DNA of 64,000 nt from assembly GCA_052327205.1 (NCBI GenBank), contig CM126207.1, positions 46,376,001 through 46,440,000 of the forward strand, in the 5' to 3' direction. Shown here piece after piece: positions 50,426-61,870 of the stretch. The DNA comes from Somniosus microcephalus (Eukaryota). The position numbers were made by a program, and so were the translations under genes. Below the pieces are notes generated by a model, which searched no databases, was not told the origin of the DNA, and worked only from the letters and a program-made list of their open reading frames with translations. The first letter of the stretch is position 1. Every line of letters starts with the position of its first letter.

Positions 50426-50870
50426 TGAAAAAGAAAGACTTGCATTTATATAGTGCCTTTCGCAACCTCAGGACATCCCAAAGCACTTTACAGCTGATGA
50501 AGTAGCGTCACTGTTGTAATGTAGGAAAAGCAGCAGCCAACTGCACACAGCACGCTCCCACAAAGAGCAATGTGATGATGACCAGATAATCTGTTTTTGT
50601 TTGTTGAGCGATAAATATTGGCCAGGGAGACCTACACAGCTCTTCTTTGAAATAGTGCCATGGCATCTTTTACATCCACCTGACAGAGCAGACAGGGCCT
50701 TTGTTTAACATCTCATTTGAAAGACAACACCTCTGACAATGCAGTACTCCCTCAGCACTGTATTGCAATGTCTGCCTAGATTTTTGTGCTCAAGTCTCTG
50801 GAGTGAGACTTGAACCCCCAACCTTCTGAATCAGAGGCAAGAATGCTACCCACTGAGCCAATACTGACAC
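50426..50870 (-). mobile_element. Deu-domain SINE (SacSINE1-like), full length
   Basis: On the minus strand: tRNA head (TGGCTCAGTGG ... GGTTCAAGTC), Deu core GATGTTAAAC..AGGCCCTGTCTGC..CAGGTGGATGTAAAAGAT.CCATGGCACTATTT, and an L2-like tail CTATATAAATGCAAGTCTTTC. Confidence 0.85.
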
Positions 50871-50984
50871 TCATGTGGACACTGAAATTGGAATAATGGG
50901 GCTAGAAATTCATCAACTTACCGCCACTCCGTAGTGCCATGAAATGACAGTAAAATGGCGACCGCCGTACTTTCGCCAGCTTTT

Positions 50985-51925
50985 AAAAAACATTTGTTTT
51001 TTATTTATTCGCTTATGGGATGTGGGTGTTGCTGGCAATGCCAGTATTTATTGCCCATCCCTAGTTGCCCTTGAGAAGGTGGTGGTGAGCTGCCTTCTTG
51101 AACCGCTGCAGTACGTGTGGTGAAGGTACTCCCACAGTGCTGTTAGATAGGGAGTTCCAGGATTTTGACCCAGCGATGATGAAGGATCAGCGATAAACTT
51201 CTAAGTCAGGATGGTGTGTGACTTGGAGGGGAACTTGGAGGTGGTGGTGTTCCCATGCACCTGCTGCCCTTGTCCTTCTAGGTGGAAGAGGTCGCGGGTT
51301 TGGGAGGTGCTGCCGAAGAAGCCTTGGCGAGTTGCTGCAGTGCATCTTGTAGATGGTACACACTGCAGCCACGGTACGCCGGTGGTGGAGGGAGCGAATG
51401 TTTAAGGTGGTGGATGGGGTGCCACTCAAATGGGCTGCTTTGTCCTGAATGGTGATGAGCTTCTTGAGTGTTGTTGGAGTTGCACTCATGCAGACAAGTG
51501 GAGAGTATTCCATCACACTCCTTACTTATGCCTTGTAGATGGTGGAAAGGCTTTGGGGAGTTAGGGGGTGAGACACTTGCTGCAGAATACCTAGCCTCTG
51601 ACCTGCTCCTGTTGCCACAGTATTTATGTGGCTGGTCCAGTTAAGTTTCTGGTCAATGGTGACCCCCAGGATGTTGATGGTAGGTGTTTCGGTGATGGTA
51701 ATGCCATTGAATGTCAAGGGGAGGTGGTTAGACTCTTGCTTGTTGGAAATAGTCATTGCCTGGCACTTCTGTGGCATGAATGTTACCTGCCACTTATCAG
51801 CCCAAGTCTGAATGTCGTCCAAGCCTTGTTGCATGCGGGCATGGACTCATTCATTATCTGAGGAGTTGTGAATGGCACCGAACACTGTGCAGTCGTCAGC
51901 GGACATCCCCATTTCTGACCTTATG
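50985..51925 (-). mobile_element. 5'-truncated LINE of a second CR1/L2-group family
   Basis: ADD..V, WADKWQVTF, ILGVTIDQKLNW, MEYSPL..W/CM, SLHHRR..AA...YK, and an A-rich tail. Confidence 0.85.
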
Positions 51926-52324
51926 TTAGTGGCAGGTCCCACAGCGACCGCAATGTTTGTCTCCCCCTTTGCGCTGCTGGTAACTGGTAGTGCCGTGAAA
52001 GAAAAAATGGCAACATGGTGACGTCAATCGGCATGCAATGCCGACGTAACGTCACCAACGCAAACTTCGACCCTAGTGCTGAATTCAGCACTGGGTCCTA
52101 CGCACCCCAGATTAACCTGGCATGCAAGCAGGTTGGCAGTGACAATGTCTGCACCTCTTAAATAACACACATTATTAGATAAGTTTGAATATAAGGTTTT
52201 GGACTGTTTTTTTTTGGATTTTATTGAAGTGGTGGCTTGCTGTAATAGATGTGTAAAGTTTTTTAAGTGCGTATGGGAATTCTGCTGGACGCTTGCAAAG
52301 GATCGAATGGTAAATGAAAGCCTT

Positions 52325-52472
52325 TGAGAAGACAGAACATGCTACAAATACTCAGCAAGTCATGCAACATCCGTGGAGAGAAAAACAGAGTCCATGTCTC
52401 AGGTCGAGATGCTGCCTGGCCAGCTGAGTATTTCAAGCATTTTATGCTGTCATTTCACATTTACAGCATTCG
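52325..52472. repeat. Penelope-like palindromic repeat inside the Harbinger
   Basis: AAATACTCAGCAAGTCATGCAACATC with the inverted arm GATGCTGCCTGGCCAGCTGAGTATTT. Confidence 0.6.
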
Positions 52473-53053
52473 CTTACAGAGGGAAGCGGAAGACACAGAA
52501 GAGGAGGAAACCGACGAGGAGGAATCAGACAGAAGGATGCATCCCAGACAGCCCCTCTGTGGCCAGGATATCTGGGATGGAATCATCCACCTCCGGTCCC
52601 AGTGACCACAACCCCAATTCCCCTTTCAACATTAGTCCCACACCTTACATCTGTTACTGTCAATGTCCTCTTGGCCATGATGCTGAAATAAAAGCCACCA
52701 CAAAGTAAACTTTCCAATCCACCTATATACTTCTATCCATCCAATGTGACATCAAGAAATTAACTCATCACCCATATGCATTCTCCTAGTGATTGTCTTG
52801 TGTGTGCCTTTGCTGATCCTACTGATGTCACACAGTGCTACCCCAGTGGCTGCAGCATGGCTGGTGGAAGGCTGCTGACTTTCAGTGGTGGGGACATGAC
52901 AAATGTCCTTACAGGTTGACCTTGAGGAGCTGGTGGCTGGGAGTGTCAAATCAATCTTCTTCTGTTCTTGTTCTTTTTCACTCTCCTCTCCCTCTTCTTG
53001 TTGACTCACTGGCTGGGCAGGCTGCATTTCTTGGATGTGTGAAATGAGGAAGG

Positions 53054-53597
53054 ATGTCCTTATCTGAGGAAGGATGTTCTTGCCATGGAGGGAGTGCAGC
53101 AAAGATTTACCAGACTGATACCTGGGATGGCAGGAATGACGTATGAGGAGAGATTGGGTCGATTAGGCTTATATTCGCTAGAGTTTAGAAGAATGAGAGG
53201 GGATCTCATTGAAACTTATAAAATTCTAACAGGACTAGACAGACTAGTTGCAGGAAGGCTGTTCCCAATGGCAGGGGAGTCCAGAACCAGGGGTCACAGT
53301 CTAAGGATAAGGGGTAAGCTATTTAGGACTGAGATGAGGAGGAATTTCTTCACCCAGAGAGTGGTGAACCTGTGAAATTTTCTACCCCAGAAGACAGCTG
53401 AGGCCAATTCATTAAATATATTCAAGAAGGAGTTAGATATATTTCTTAAGGCTAAGGAGATCAAGGGATATGGGGAGAAAGCAGGGACAGGGTACTGAAT
53501 TTGGATGATCAGCCATGATCGCATTGAATGGCGGAGCAGGCTCAAGGGGCCGAATGGCCTACTCCTGCTCCTATCTTCTATGTTTCTATGTTTCTAT
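53054..53597 (+). mobile_element. Young CR1 3' fragment with a 14-bp TSD
   Basis: Near-identical to the reverse complement of 47650-48185. It is flanked by TGAAATGAGGAAGG at 53040-53053 and 53597-53610. Confidence 0.95.
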
Positions 53598-53914
53598 GAA
53601 ATGAGGAAGGCACAAGAGTGGAGTTGTGGTGACAGGAGGGCGGGAAAGCATGAGGTGCATGGCAGAGGGAGGATAATGTATGAGGATTCCAGCATCTTGT
53701 ATCCTTTCAGTGCCGCCACTGGCCAAGGGCTCAGCCATGCCCCTGCCAAGAATGGCCTGCACCGTCTCCTCCAAGGAGGTGAGGCTAGGAATGGGAGATG
53801 TGCCTTGTAATTGGTGCAGATTGCTGGTGAGTGATTGGGGGTCGTGCATTGAATTGAGCAGTGTGTGAAGCCAGTGGTGCAATTGGTAGGAGACGGCTTT
53901 TGAAGATGCATCCA

Positions 53915-54145
53915 CTGACCTTGACCAGTGATCTGAAGTCATGAAGCTTCTTTGGGCACTGGAGCCAGATGGTGGGGGCAACACTGCTGGCAGTGACGAC
54001 CTTGGTAATGTACTCCCACATCCTTTCTGAAGGGCCTCCTGGCTCCTGTGGGTAGAGGGCCTGTCTTGCAGTGGTGACCCCCTGCACAAAGCTGAAGTGC
54101 TGCGTGCGAGACTCTGGGTGCCCCTTCCCTGGCTTGCTGAGCCAT
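53915..54145 (-). pseudogene. Frameshifted Harbinger Myb/SANT-like (trihelix) DNA-binding gene, first exon
   Basis: MAQQAREGAPRVSHAALQ, then in another frame QGVTTARQALYP...WEYITKVVTASSVAPTIWLQCPKKLHD, followed by a likely donor AAG|GTCAGT. Confidence 0.7.
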
Positions 54146-54617
54146 TTGTGTTAGTGCTGAGGCAGTTTTCCCATTTGTTGAGGTTAGGAAGGTAATTCAG
54201 CTTTAAGAGCTGAATATTCACATTTGGGACATCTTTTTAAAGTTAAATATTTTTTAAAAGGCAGAAAGGGCTGAAAACTGCATTGTTTCCCTTCATTTTA
54301 ATTTGTATTGCTTCAGTGTACATGGTCCCTTTAATTCTCAGACCCCCTTCATTACCCACAATTCCTTGCGAGCTCTACAGCCTCGATTCTAGAGGCTGTG
54401 GGAAGCTGCAACGCCGCACCTGGACAGGAACATCGTCCTAGGTGCCTCCACCAATCTCCATGCCCCCCCAGCCTAATTTTGCTCTGTTAGCATTGCGGCC
54501 ATTTTTAGCAGCCGTTAACTCCAGTTACTGGTTTAACCAGCAACTTTGCCGGTGAGCACGAATTTCTTTCCCATAGTGTCAAACTGTGCAGATGATACCA
54601 AAATGAGATGCATAGTT

Positions 54618-54809
54618 TGTTGTGTCGGTCAGTAGTAAGACACAGACTGCAGGAGAACGGTACAACAGGTGTTTACTCAACGTGGCTCACTCTGGAACTG
54701 AACTGTACAGATTACTACTCAGTGCTATATACAGGTGTGGTCACTGCCAGTACTACAGTATACATGAGCTGTAAAAAATAGTTCCCCCCTTAAAGGTATA
54801 TACATTACA
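54618..54809 (-). repeat. 3' LTR
   Basis: 3 mismatches in 192 bp against 59379-59570, compared by eye. Confidence 0.95.
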
Positions 54810-54918
54810 ATTCCTCCCCTTTTAGATTAACAGTGCCATAACACTCATTTAACAATTAAATATCAAACTAATTACAATTAACACTTTTAACATACAACGT
54901 TAGCTGAAAATAGTCCAT

Positions 54919-57900
54919 TTATATATTCAGTCTTTGGGGAAGCTTTCTGATCCTTTCTGGATAGCGCCTTTCCCGAGTGTCTCGCTCTTGGTGCGGAGGC
55001 GATTCTGGCACCCTGTCGTCGGTTGGGTCATCAGCTTCCGATGCTACTGTTTCTGGGGTAGATGCGACCTGTACATCGGGTTCCTCACCAGGTACGTATG
55101 GGCGAGGCATGGGGTTGACTTGTTCCTGTGACTCTAGGATCTGGTCAGCATGGCGTCTTACAATGTTCTCCCCAACGTCCACTGTGTACATTAGTGGGCC
55201 CTGCCGTGTGCATATCGTTCCTGGCTGCCATTTTTCTGTTCGGTAGTCGCGGGCCAAGACTGGTTGCCCTACATTGAAGCTCCTTGTTGGCTTCTCATGG
55301 ATATGCTGGAATTGCTTACTCTCAACATCTCTTCGTACATTTGGTCTGAGCAAATCCAGGCGAGATCTTAACCTTCGGTTAAAGAACATCATGGCCGGGG
55401 CCTGGTTGGTGACTGCATGTGTCGCATTCCGGTAGACGAACAGGAAATTGTCCACCTTATGCTGCAGCGGAATGTTGTCATTGTACATAGCCTTTATTGC
55501 CTTCTTAAAGGTTTGTACGAACCTCTCAACCAATTCATTTGTGGCTGGATGATACGGGGCGGATGTGTAATGCCTTACCCCATTCTTCTTCATAAACCTC
55601 CGGAACTCTTCGGACACAAACTGTGGTCCGTTATCGGAGCAAATCTGTTCTGGCAAGCCGTTCCTGGCAAAAATGGTCCGTAGGACTGCAATAGTTTTCT
55701 CCGTGGTGGTGGAGGACATTTTGATGACCTCAGGCCATTTCGAGTGCGCATCCACAGCTATTAAAAACATTGAGTCCATGAATAGACCAGCAAAATCAAT
55801 ATGCAGCCGTTGCCATGGAGATGAGGGCCACTCCCATGGGTGTAGAGGGGCATGTGGTGGTGCATTTTGGACTTTCTGGCATCCTGAGCAGCTCTTGGTC
55901 AGGTCCTCAATTTGTTTATCGATTCCCGGCCACCACACATAAGCCCTGGCAAGGCTTTTCATTTTTACCCCTCCCAGATGACCCTCATGAAGCTCATTGA
56001 GCACTCTATCCCTTAACTTGGGTGGAATTACCACTCGGGATCCACACATCAAGGTCCCCCAGCACACTGACAGCTGTTCTCTTCTTGTCGAGAATGCTGT
56101 CAACAGTGAGTCGCCATGTGCTGGCCATCCCTTCACCGTCAAATCATATACCCGAGACAGTGTCAGGTCATTTCGGGTCTCCTTTTCTATACGAGCGTTA
56201 GTTACCGGTAGGTATTCAACTATAGTCGAATGAAATATTTCGACAGGATCCACTGCTGGTGCTTCCTCCGCAGTAGGCAGTGGCAGGCGTGATAGCCCAT
56301 CAGCATTTCCATGCTGTTTCGTGCCCTTATATTCAATCTCATAGTGGTGCGCCCCTAGAAAAAGTGACCATCTTTGTAATCGTTGCGCAGTCATCACCGG
56401 AACGCCCTTCTTCGGATTAAAAATGGAGACAAGAGGCTGGTGGTCAGTCAGCAAGGTGAATTTCTGCCCGTGCAGATAGTGATTGAACTTTTTCACTCCC
56501 CACACTAGGCTGAGGGCCTCCCTGTCAATCTGGGCGTAGTTACGCTTGGCTGAGGTTAGTGATCGTGACGCAAAGGCTATTGGCCTCTCTGAGCCGTCCG
56601 AGAATTTGTGCGACAGCACCGCTCCAATGCCGTAGGGTGCTGCATCACACGCCAACCGAATTGGTAGTGCTGGGTTGAAATGGGCCAATACCTCTTTCGA
56701 TGTGATTAGTGTTTTGCTCTTCTGGAAAGCTCGTTTACATTCGTCACTCCACTTCCATGGCACTCCAGTTTGCAGTAGGGTTTTCAGTGGGTGTAGCATT
56801 GTAGACAAATTTGGCAAGAACTTATGGTAGTAGTTTACCAGCCCGAGGAATGACCTCAGTTGTGACACGTTTTCCGGTGCTGGAGCCTTGACTACTGCCT
56901 CAATCTTTTCTGGGGACTTATATAACCCCTCTTTATCGATAACATGGCCACAATATGAGATCTGTTTTTTAAAAAACTCACATTTGGGGCGGTTAGCTCG
57001 GAGCCCATATTCCTTCAATCTAGTGAGCACCTGCTCCAGGTTGGCGAGGTGACCACTGTCATTTTCGCCCGTGACCAGGATTTCGTCCAAATAACACTGG
57101 GTCCCTGGGATCCCTTGCAGGACTTGTTCCATTGCCCTTTGCCAAATAGCCGGAGCTGATGCTACCCCGAATACCAGCCGGTTGTATTGGTCGAGACCTT
57201 TATGGGTGTTGATTGTGAGGTATTTTTTTGATGCTTCTTCTACCTCCATTTGCAGATACGCCTGGGCCAGATCAATCTTAGTGAAGCATTTCCCTCCAGG
57301 TAGCGAGGCGAAAATATCTTCAACCCGCGGAAGTGGATATTGCACGGTGTGAAGGACTGGGTTCACTGTTACCTTAAAGTCCCCACAGATGCGAACCTTC
57401 CTTGGTTCCCCAGGCGTGCTGCTCAACGACTTTTTCATCACAGGGACGATGGGTGTAGCCCACTCGCTCCAGTCTACCTTGGACAGTACTCCTGAACGTT
57501 CCAAACTCTCCAGCTCTGCTTCGACAGCTGGGCGGATCGCATAAGGTACCGGTCTGTCCTTAAAAAATTTTGGGCTTGCGTTTTCTTCAATTTTAATTGT
57601 TGCTGTCATGCCTTTTAGTGTTCTGAGTCCTTGCTGGAACACTTCTTGTGCGTCGGTTAGGATCTTTGACAGTCGCCCAGGTATGACGTCGTCATCCTTT
57701 TTGGCATCTACAGTCAGTGCTTGTATGGAATGCCAATCCAGCTGTATTTTCCGGATCCATTCACGTCCCAGTAATGGTGGTCCTCCATCTTGCAATACAT
57801 ACAGGTCTAGTTTTGGTGTTTCCTTACCGTTATATATAACGGTCACCCTTATTTTTCCTTTGGGGTAGACTTTTTGCCCCGTGTACGTCTTCAAAATAAT

Positions 57901-58872
57901 TTTTGTGTCTCTCAAGGGTATGTGTGAGAATAGCCGCTCATAGTCCCGTCGGTTTATGACTGTTAGGGCTGATCCTGTGTCCAATTCCATTTTTACCTGG
58001 GCTCCTGCTATCTTGAGAGTGACCCAAATGGTTCGGTGATCCTCCGTTTTGATCACATTATGTAGTTTCAGACAACTCAGCTCCCTGCTTTCGGAGTCGG
58101 TATCACCCTTTTGTTCGTCTGAACTATTCTCCGTCACCTTATGTACCTTCTTGTACTTTTCTTTTGGAGATTTCTTATTGCTGGTTTTCTTTCCCGACCT
58201 GCAGACTCGTGCTATGTGTCCTACTTTTCCACACTGTCTGCACACTTTGTCTTTGAACCAGCAATCACTGTGGTCATGTGTTGTTCTGCAGCAGCGATAG
58301 CACTTCTCTGTTCTGTATGACATTTCATTTGTGCCATATTCTTGCGGTCTCTGTTGTATCTCTGCAGCGCCCCGTGCTGCTGCTTCATATGATACCGCAA
58401 TGCTGAAAGCCTTGTCCAGCGTAAGGTCCTTTTCAGATAAAAGCCGTTTCTGGGTTCCTTCACTTTGAAGCCCACACACAAACTTGTCCCTTAAGGTATC
58501 TGCCAGTCCCGTTCCAAACTGGCAGTGTTTCGATAGTTTGCGCAGTTCTGTTAAATATTCAGCATTGCTTTCATCCTTATGCTGGTTCCGTTTGTGAAAC
58601 TTGAATCTTTCTGCTATCAGCAGCGGTGTGGGGTTTAAATGTTCCTGTAGTATCGTCATTATGTCTCCAAAACTCTTTTCCACTGGCTTCGCTGGGGTTA
58701 CTAGATTTCGTAATAAGCCATACGACTTTGCACCCATTAAATTTAACAATACCGGCGCTTTCTTGTCATCTGACACCTCATTTGCCTTGCAGTATACCTC
58801 TATTCGTTCGACATATGTAGTCCAATCTTCGATTTCATTGTCAAATGCGGTGATACTGCCACTCTTCGGCAT
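54919..58872 (-). CDS. Gag-Pol polyprotein, 1317 aa (2 zinc knuckles, protease, RT, RNase H, integrase)
   Basis: Two CX2CX4HX4C knuckles, LDTGS, RT ...YLDE..., ACDAAPYG, HHCC (LHEGH..CSGC), and integrase motifs HIDFAG / SDNGPQF / VERF. Confidence 0.93.
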   Translation of the reverse strand: MPKSGSITAFDNEIEDWTTYVERIEVYCKANEVSDDKKAPVLLNLMGAKSYGLLRNLVTPAKPVEKSFGDIMTILQEHLNPTPLLIAERFKFHKRNQHKDESNAEYLTELRKLSKHCQFGTGLADTLRDKFVCGLQSEGTQKRLLSEKDLTLDKAFSIAVSYEAAARGAAEIQQRPQEYGTNEMSYRTEKCYRCCRTTHDHSDCWFKDKVCRQCGKVGHIARVCRSGKKTSNKKSPKEKYKKVHKVTENSSDEQKGDTDSESRELSCLKLHNVIKTEDHRTIWVTLKIAGAQVKMELDTGSALTVINRRDYERLFSHIPLRDTKIILKTYTGQKVYPKGKIRVTVIYNGKETPKLDLYVLQDGGPPLLGREWIRKIQLDWHSIQALTVDAKKDDDVIPGRLSKILTDAQEVFQQGLRTLKGMTATIKIEENASPKFFKDRPVPYAIRPAVEAELESLERSGVLSKVDWSEWATPIVPVMKKSLSSTPGEPRKVRICGDFKVTVNPVLHTVQYPLPRVEDIFASLPGGKCFTKIDLAQAYLQMEVEEASKKYLTINTHKGLDQYNRLVFGVASAPAIWQRAMEQVLQGIPGTQCYLDEILVTGENDSGHLANLEQVLTRLKEYGLRANRPKCEFFKKQISYCGHVIDKEGLYKSPEKIEAVVKAPAPENVSQLRSFLGLVNYYHKFLPNLSTMLHPLKTLLQTGVPWKWSDECKRAFQKSKTLITSKEVLAHFNPALPIRLACDAAPYGIGAVLSHKFSDGSERPIAFASRSLTSAKRNYAQIDREALSLVWGVKKFNHYLHGQKFTLLTDHQPLVSIFNPKKGVPVMTAQRLQRWSLFLGAHHYEIEYKGTKQHGNADGLSRLPLPTAEEAPAVDPVEIFHSTIVEYLPVTNARIEKETRNDLTLSRVYDLTVKGWPAHGDSLLTAFSTRREQLSVCWGTLMCGSRVVIPPKLRDRVLNELHEGHLGGVKMKSLARAYVWWPGIDKQIEDLTKSCSGCQKVQNAPPHAPLHPWEWPSSPWQRLHIDFAGLFMDSMFLIAVDAHSKWPEVIKMSSTTTEKTIAVLRTIFARNGLPEQICSDNGPQFVSEEFRRFMKKNGVRHYTSAPYHPATNELVERFVQTFKKAIKAMYNDNIPLQHKVDNFLFVYRNATHAVTNQAPAMMFFNRRLRSRLDLLRPNVRRDVESKQFQHIHEKPTRSFNVGQPVLARDYRTEKWQPGTICTRQGPLMYTVDVGENIVRRHADQILESQEQVNPMPRPYVPGEEPDVQVASTPETVASEADDPTDDRVPESPPHQERDTRERRYPERIRKLPQRLNI

Positions 58873-59378
58873 TTTGGGTGTGGTTTAAAATGGCTTAAAA
58901 TGGCATCTCCCGCGCTTTCCTTCCTCCCCCGCTGCTGCCAACGCCGCTCTCGGCGGTCCTTGTGGCAATGGCGGCGCCTCGCGGGTTTCTGCGCGTCTCT
59001 CTCCCTCTCCTCGACGCTGCTCGGCCCCTGAACACCGGCTGCGCCCTGTGCGCTCTGCCCTCTCTCTCTCTCTCTCCCGTCGACGCTGCTCGGCCCTTTG
59101 CTGTGCCGCTCGGTCGGGCTCTAGCCTGCCGCTGTCCGGGAAGGGTCTGCACACTACCTGTTGCCAGCCCATTTTGCTGGTCCACCGCGACTGGAAAGCC
59201 AAGCCTGGCTCTCAACAGCCTCCCCCGCAATTCTCGAGTCTCTGCTGGATGACTGGGCGGTTGCCCGTGGTCGATGCCCGTGTCTCTGGCCTTGACCTCC
59301 AATCTACTGGTCTCCAGGAACGAATCCCTGGGAGGTGATGCAGAGTTGCAGGTAGGATCGAATTTGCCTCGTCGCCAA

Positions 59379-59570
59379 TGTTGTGTCCGTCAGTAGTAAG
59401 ACACAGACTGCAGGAGAACGGTACAACAGTTGTTTACTCAACGTGGCTCACTCTGGAACTGAACTGTACAGATTACTACTCAGTGCTATATACAGGTGTG
59501 GTCACTGCCAGTACTACAGTATACATGAGCTGTAAAAAGTAGTTCCCCCCTTAAAGGTATATACATTACA
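59379..59570 (-). repeat. 5' LTR
   Basis: Direct repeat of 54618-54809, next to the PBS. Confidence 0.95.
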
Positions 59571-59735
59571 TAGTTAACCATGTGGAGGACAGCACCAATA
59601 TACAGGAAGACATAAACAGGCTTGCAGAGCTGGCAGATAAATGGTAAATGAAGTCCAATATAGTGAAGTGTGAGGTGGTTCATTTTGTAGGAGGAATAAG
59701 GAAGCCACTTATTCATTGAAGGTAAGGAACTAAAT

Positions 59736-61870
59736 CATAGAATCATAGAAATTTAAGGCACAGAGGGAGGCCATTTGGCCCATTGTGTCTGCGCCGGTCG
59801 CCAGCCTAATCCCACTTTCCAGCTCTTGGTCCGTAGCCTTGCAGGTTCCTGCACTTTAACTGCATATCCAAGCACTTTTTAAATGTGATTAGGGTTTCTT
59901 CCTCTACCACCCTTTCAAGCAGTGAGTTCCAGACCCCCGCCACCCTCTGAGTGAAATAAATTCTCCTCAACTCCCCTCTAATCCTTCTACCAATTACTTT
60001 AAATCTATGCCCCCTGGTTATTGACCTCTCTGCTAAGGGAAATAGGTCCTTCCTATCCATTCTATCTAGGGCCCTCATAATTTTATATTCCTCAATTAAG
60101 TCTCTCCTCTGTTCCAAAGAAAACAACCCCTGCCTATCCAATCTTTCCTCATAGCTAAAATTCTCTAGTCCTGGCAACATCCTCATAAATCTCCTCTGTA
60201 CCCTCTCTAGTGCAATCACAATGTGATGACCAGAACTGTATGCAGTACTCTAGCTGTGGCCTAACTAATGTTTTATACAGTTCCAGCGTAACCTCCCTGC
60301 TCTTATATTCTATGCCTTGGCTAATAAAGGAAAGTATCCCATATGCCTTCTTAGCTACCTGTCCTGCTACCTTCAAGGATCTGTGGACATGCACTCCAAG
60401 GTCCCTCTGTTCCTCTACATTTCTCAGTATTCTACCATTTATTGTGTATTTCCTTGCCTTGTTAGACCTCCTCAAATGTATTACCTCACACTTCTCCGGT
60501 TTGAATTCCTTTTGCCACTTTTCTGCCCAGCTGACCAGTCCATTGATATCTTCCTGCAGTCTACAGCTATCTTCCTCACTATCAACCACACAGTCAATTT
60601 TTGTTTCATCTGCAAACTTCTTAATCATGCCCCCTATATTGAAGTCTAAATCATTGATATATACCACAAAAAGCAGAGGACCCAGTATTGAGTCCTGTGG
60701 AACCCCACTGGAAACAGCCTTCCAGTCACAAAAACACCTGTCGACCATTGCCCTTTGCTTCCTGCCACTGAGCCAATTTTGGATCCAACTTGACACTTTC
60801 CCTTGGACCCCATGGGCTTTACTTTTCTGACCAACCTGTCATGTGGGACCTTGTCAAAGGCCTTGCTAAAATCCATGTAGGTGACATCAAATGCACGACC
60901 TTCATCGACTTTCCTCATTACCTCCTCAAATGTACTTTCTCCATCGACCCACCTCGTTACCTCCTCAAAAAATTCGAACAAGTTAGTCAGGCCCGACTTT
61001 CCTTAACAAATCCATGTTGACTGTTCTTGATTAATCTGTGACTTTCTAAATGACGATTTATATTGTCCCTCAGAATTTGTTCCAATAATTTTCCCACTAC
61101 CGAGGTTAGGCTGACTGGCCTATAATTACTTGGTCTACCCCTTTCTCCCTTTTTAAACAATGACACAACATTAGCAGTGCACCAGTCCTCTGGCACCATA
61201 CCTGTAGCCAGAGAGGATTGGAAAATGATGGTCAGAGCCTCCACTATTTCCTCCCTTGCCTCTCTTAATAGCCTGTGATACATTTCATCCTGGCCTGGTG
61301 ATTTATCTATTTTCAAAGATGCTAAACCTCTTAATACTTCCTCTCTTTCTATGTTTGTCCCATCTAATATTTCACATTCCTCCTTAACTACAATGTCTGC
61401 ATCGTTCCTCTCTCCTGTGAAGACAGACGCAAAGTATTCATTAAGAACCATACCCACGTCTTCCGCCTCCACCTTTTTGGTCTCTAATAGGCGCTATTTT
61501 TTCCTTAGTTATCCTCTTGCTCTTTATGTATTTATAAAACATCTTTGGGTTTTCCTTGATTTTACTTGGCAATATTTTTTCATGCCCTCTCTTTACTTTC
61601 CTAATTTCTTTTTTAATTTCACCCCTGCACTTTCTATACTCCTTTAGGCTTTCTACAGTATTGAGCTCTCGATATCTGACAAAAGCTTCCCTTTTTCCTT
61701 ATTCTACCCTGTATGCTCCTTGACATCCTGGGGGCTCTAGATTTGGGAATCCCACCCTTTTTCTTTGTGGGAACATATTTGCTCTGGCCCCTCACTATCT
61801 CCTCTTTGAATGCCTCCCACTGCTCTGACACTGATTTACCTTCAAGTAGCTGTTTCCAGTCCACTCTTTG
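59736..61870 (-). mobile_element. 5'-truncated CR1 LINE of a different subfamily, degenerate ORF2
   Basis: ORFs carry [35 protein letters not shown] and LVRPQLEYCIQFW. The tail is TTCTATGATTCTATG. CTAAAT is duplicated at 59730-59735 and 61871-61876. Confidence 0.93.

Larger units (their letters stand above)
50898..54572. mobile_element. Internally deleted PIF/Harbinger DNA transposon with nested insertions
   Basis: Imperfect TIRs GGGCTAGAAATTC and (reverse complement) GGGAAAGAAATTC. A Myb/SANT-like gene remnant is on the minus strand and an acidic transposase-like C-terminus is on the plus strand (~52475-52605), in convergent orientation. The host CR1 resumes on both sides. The TSD is not clean. 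Confidence 0.7.
54618..59570 (-). mobile_element. Full-length Gypsy/Ty3 LTR retrotransposon (Mag-like)
   Basis: 192-bp TG..CA LTRs, 5-bp TSD TAGTT (54613-54617, 59571-59575), PBS TGGCGACGAGG (59367-59377, complementary to the tRNA-Ser(GCT) 3' end), and PPT AAAAGGGGAGGAAT (54810-54823). Confidence 0.97.

Noticed and set aside
58885-59338. GC-rich ORFs upstream of gag
   Set aside because: This is the Gypsy 5' leader with short repeats and a (CT)n tract, and it shows no domain.
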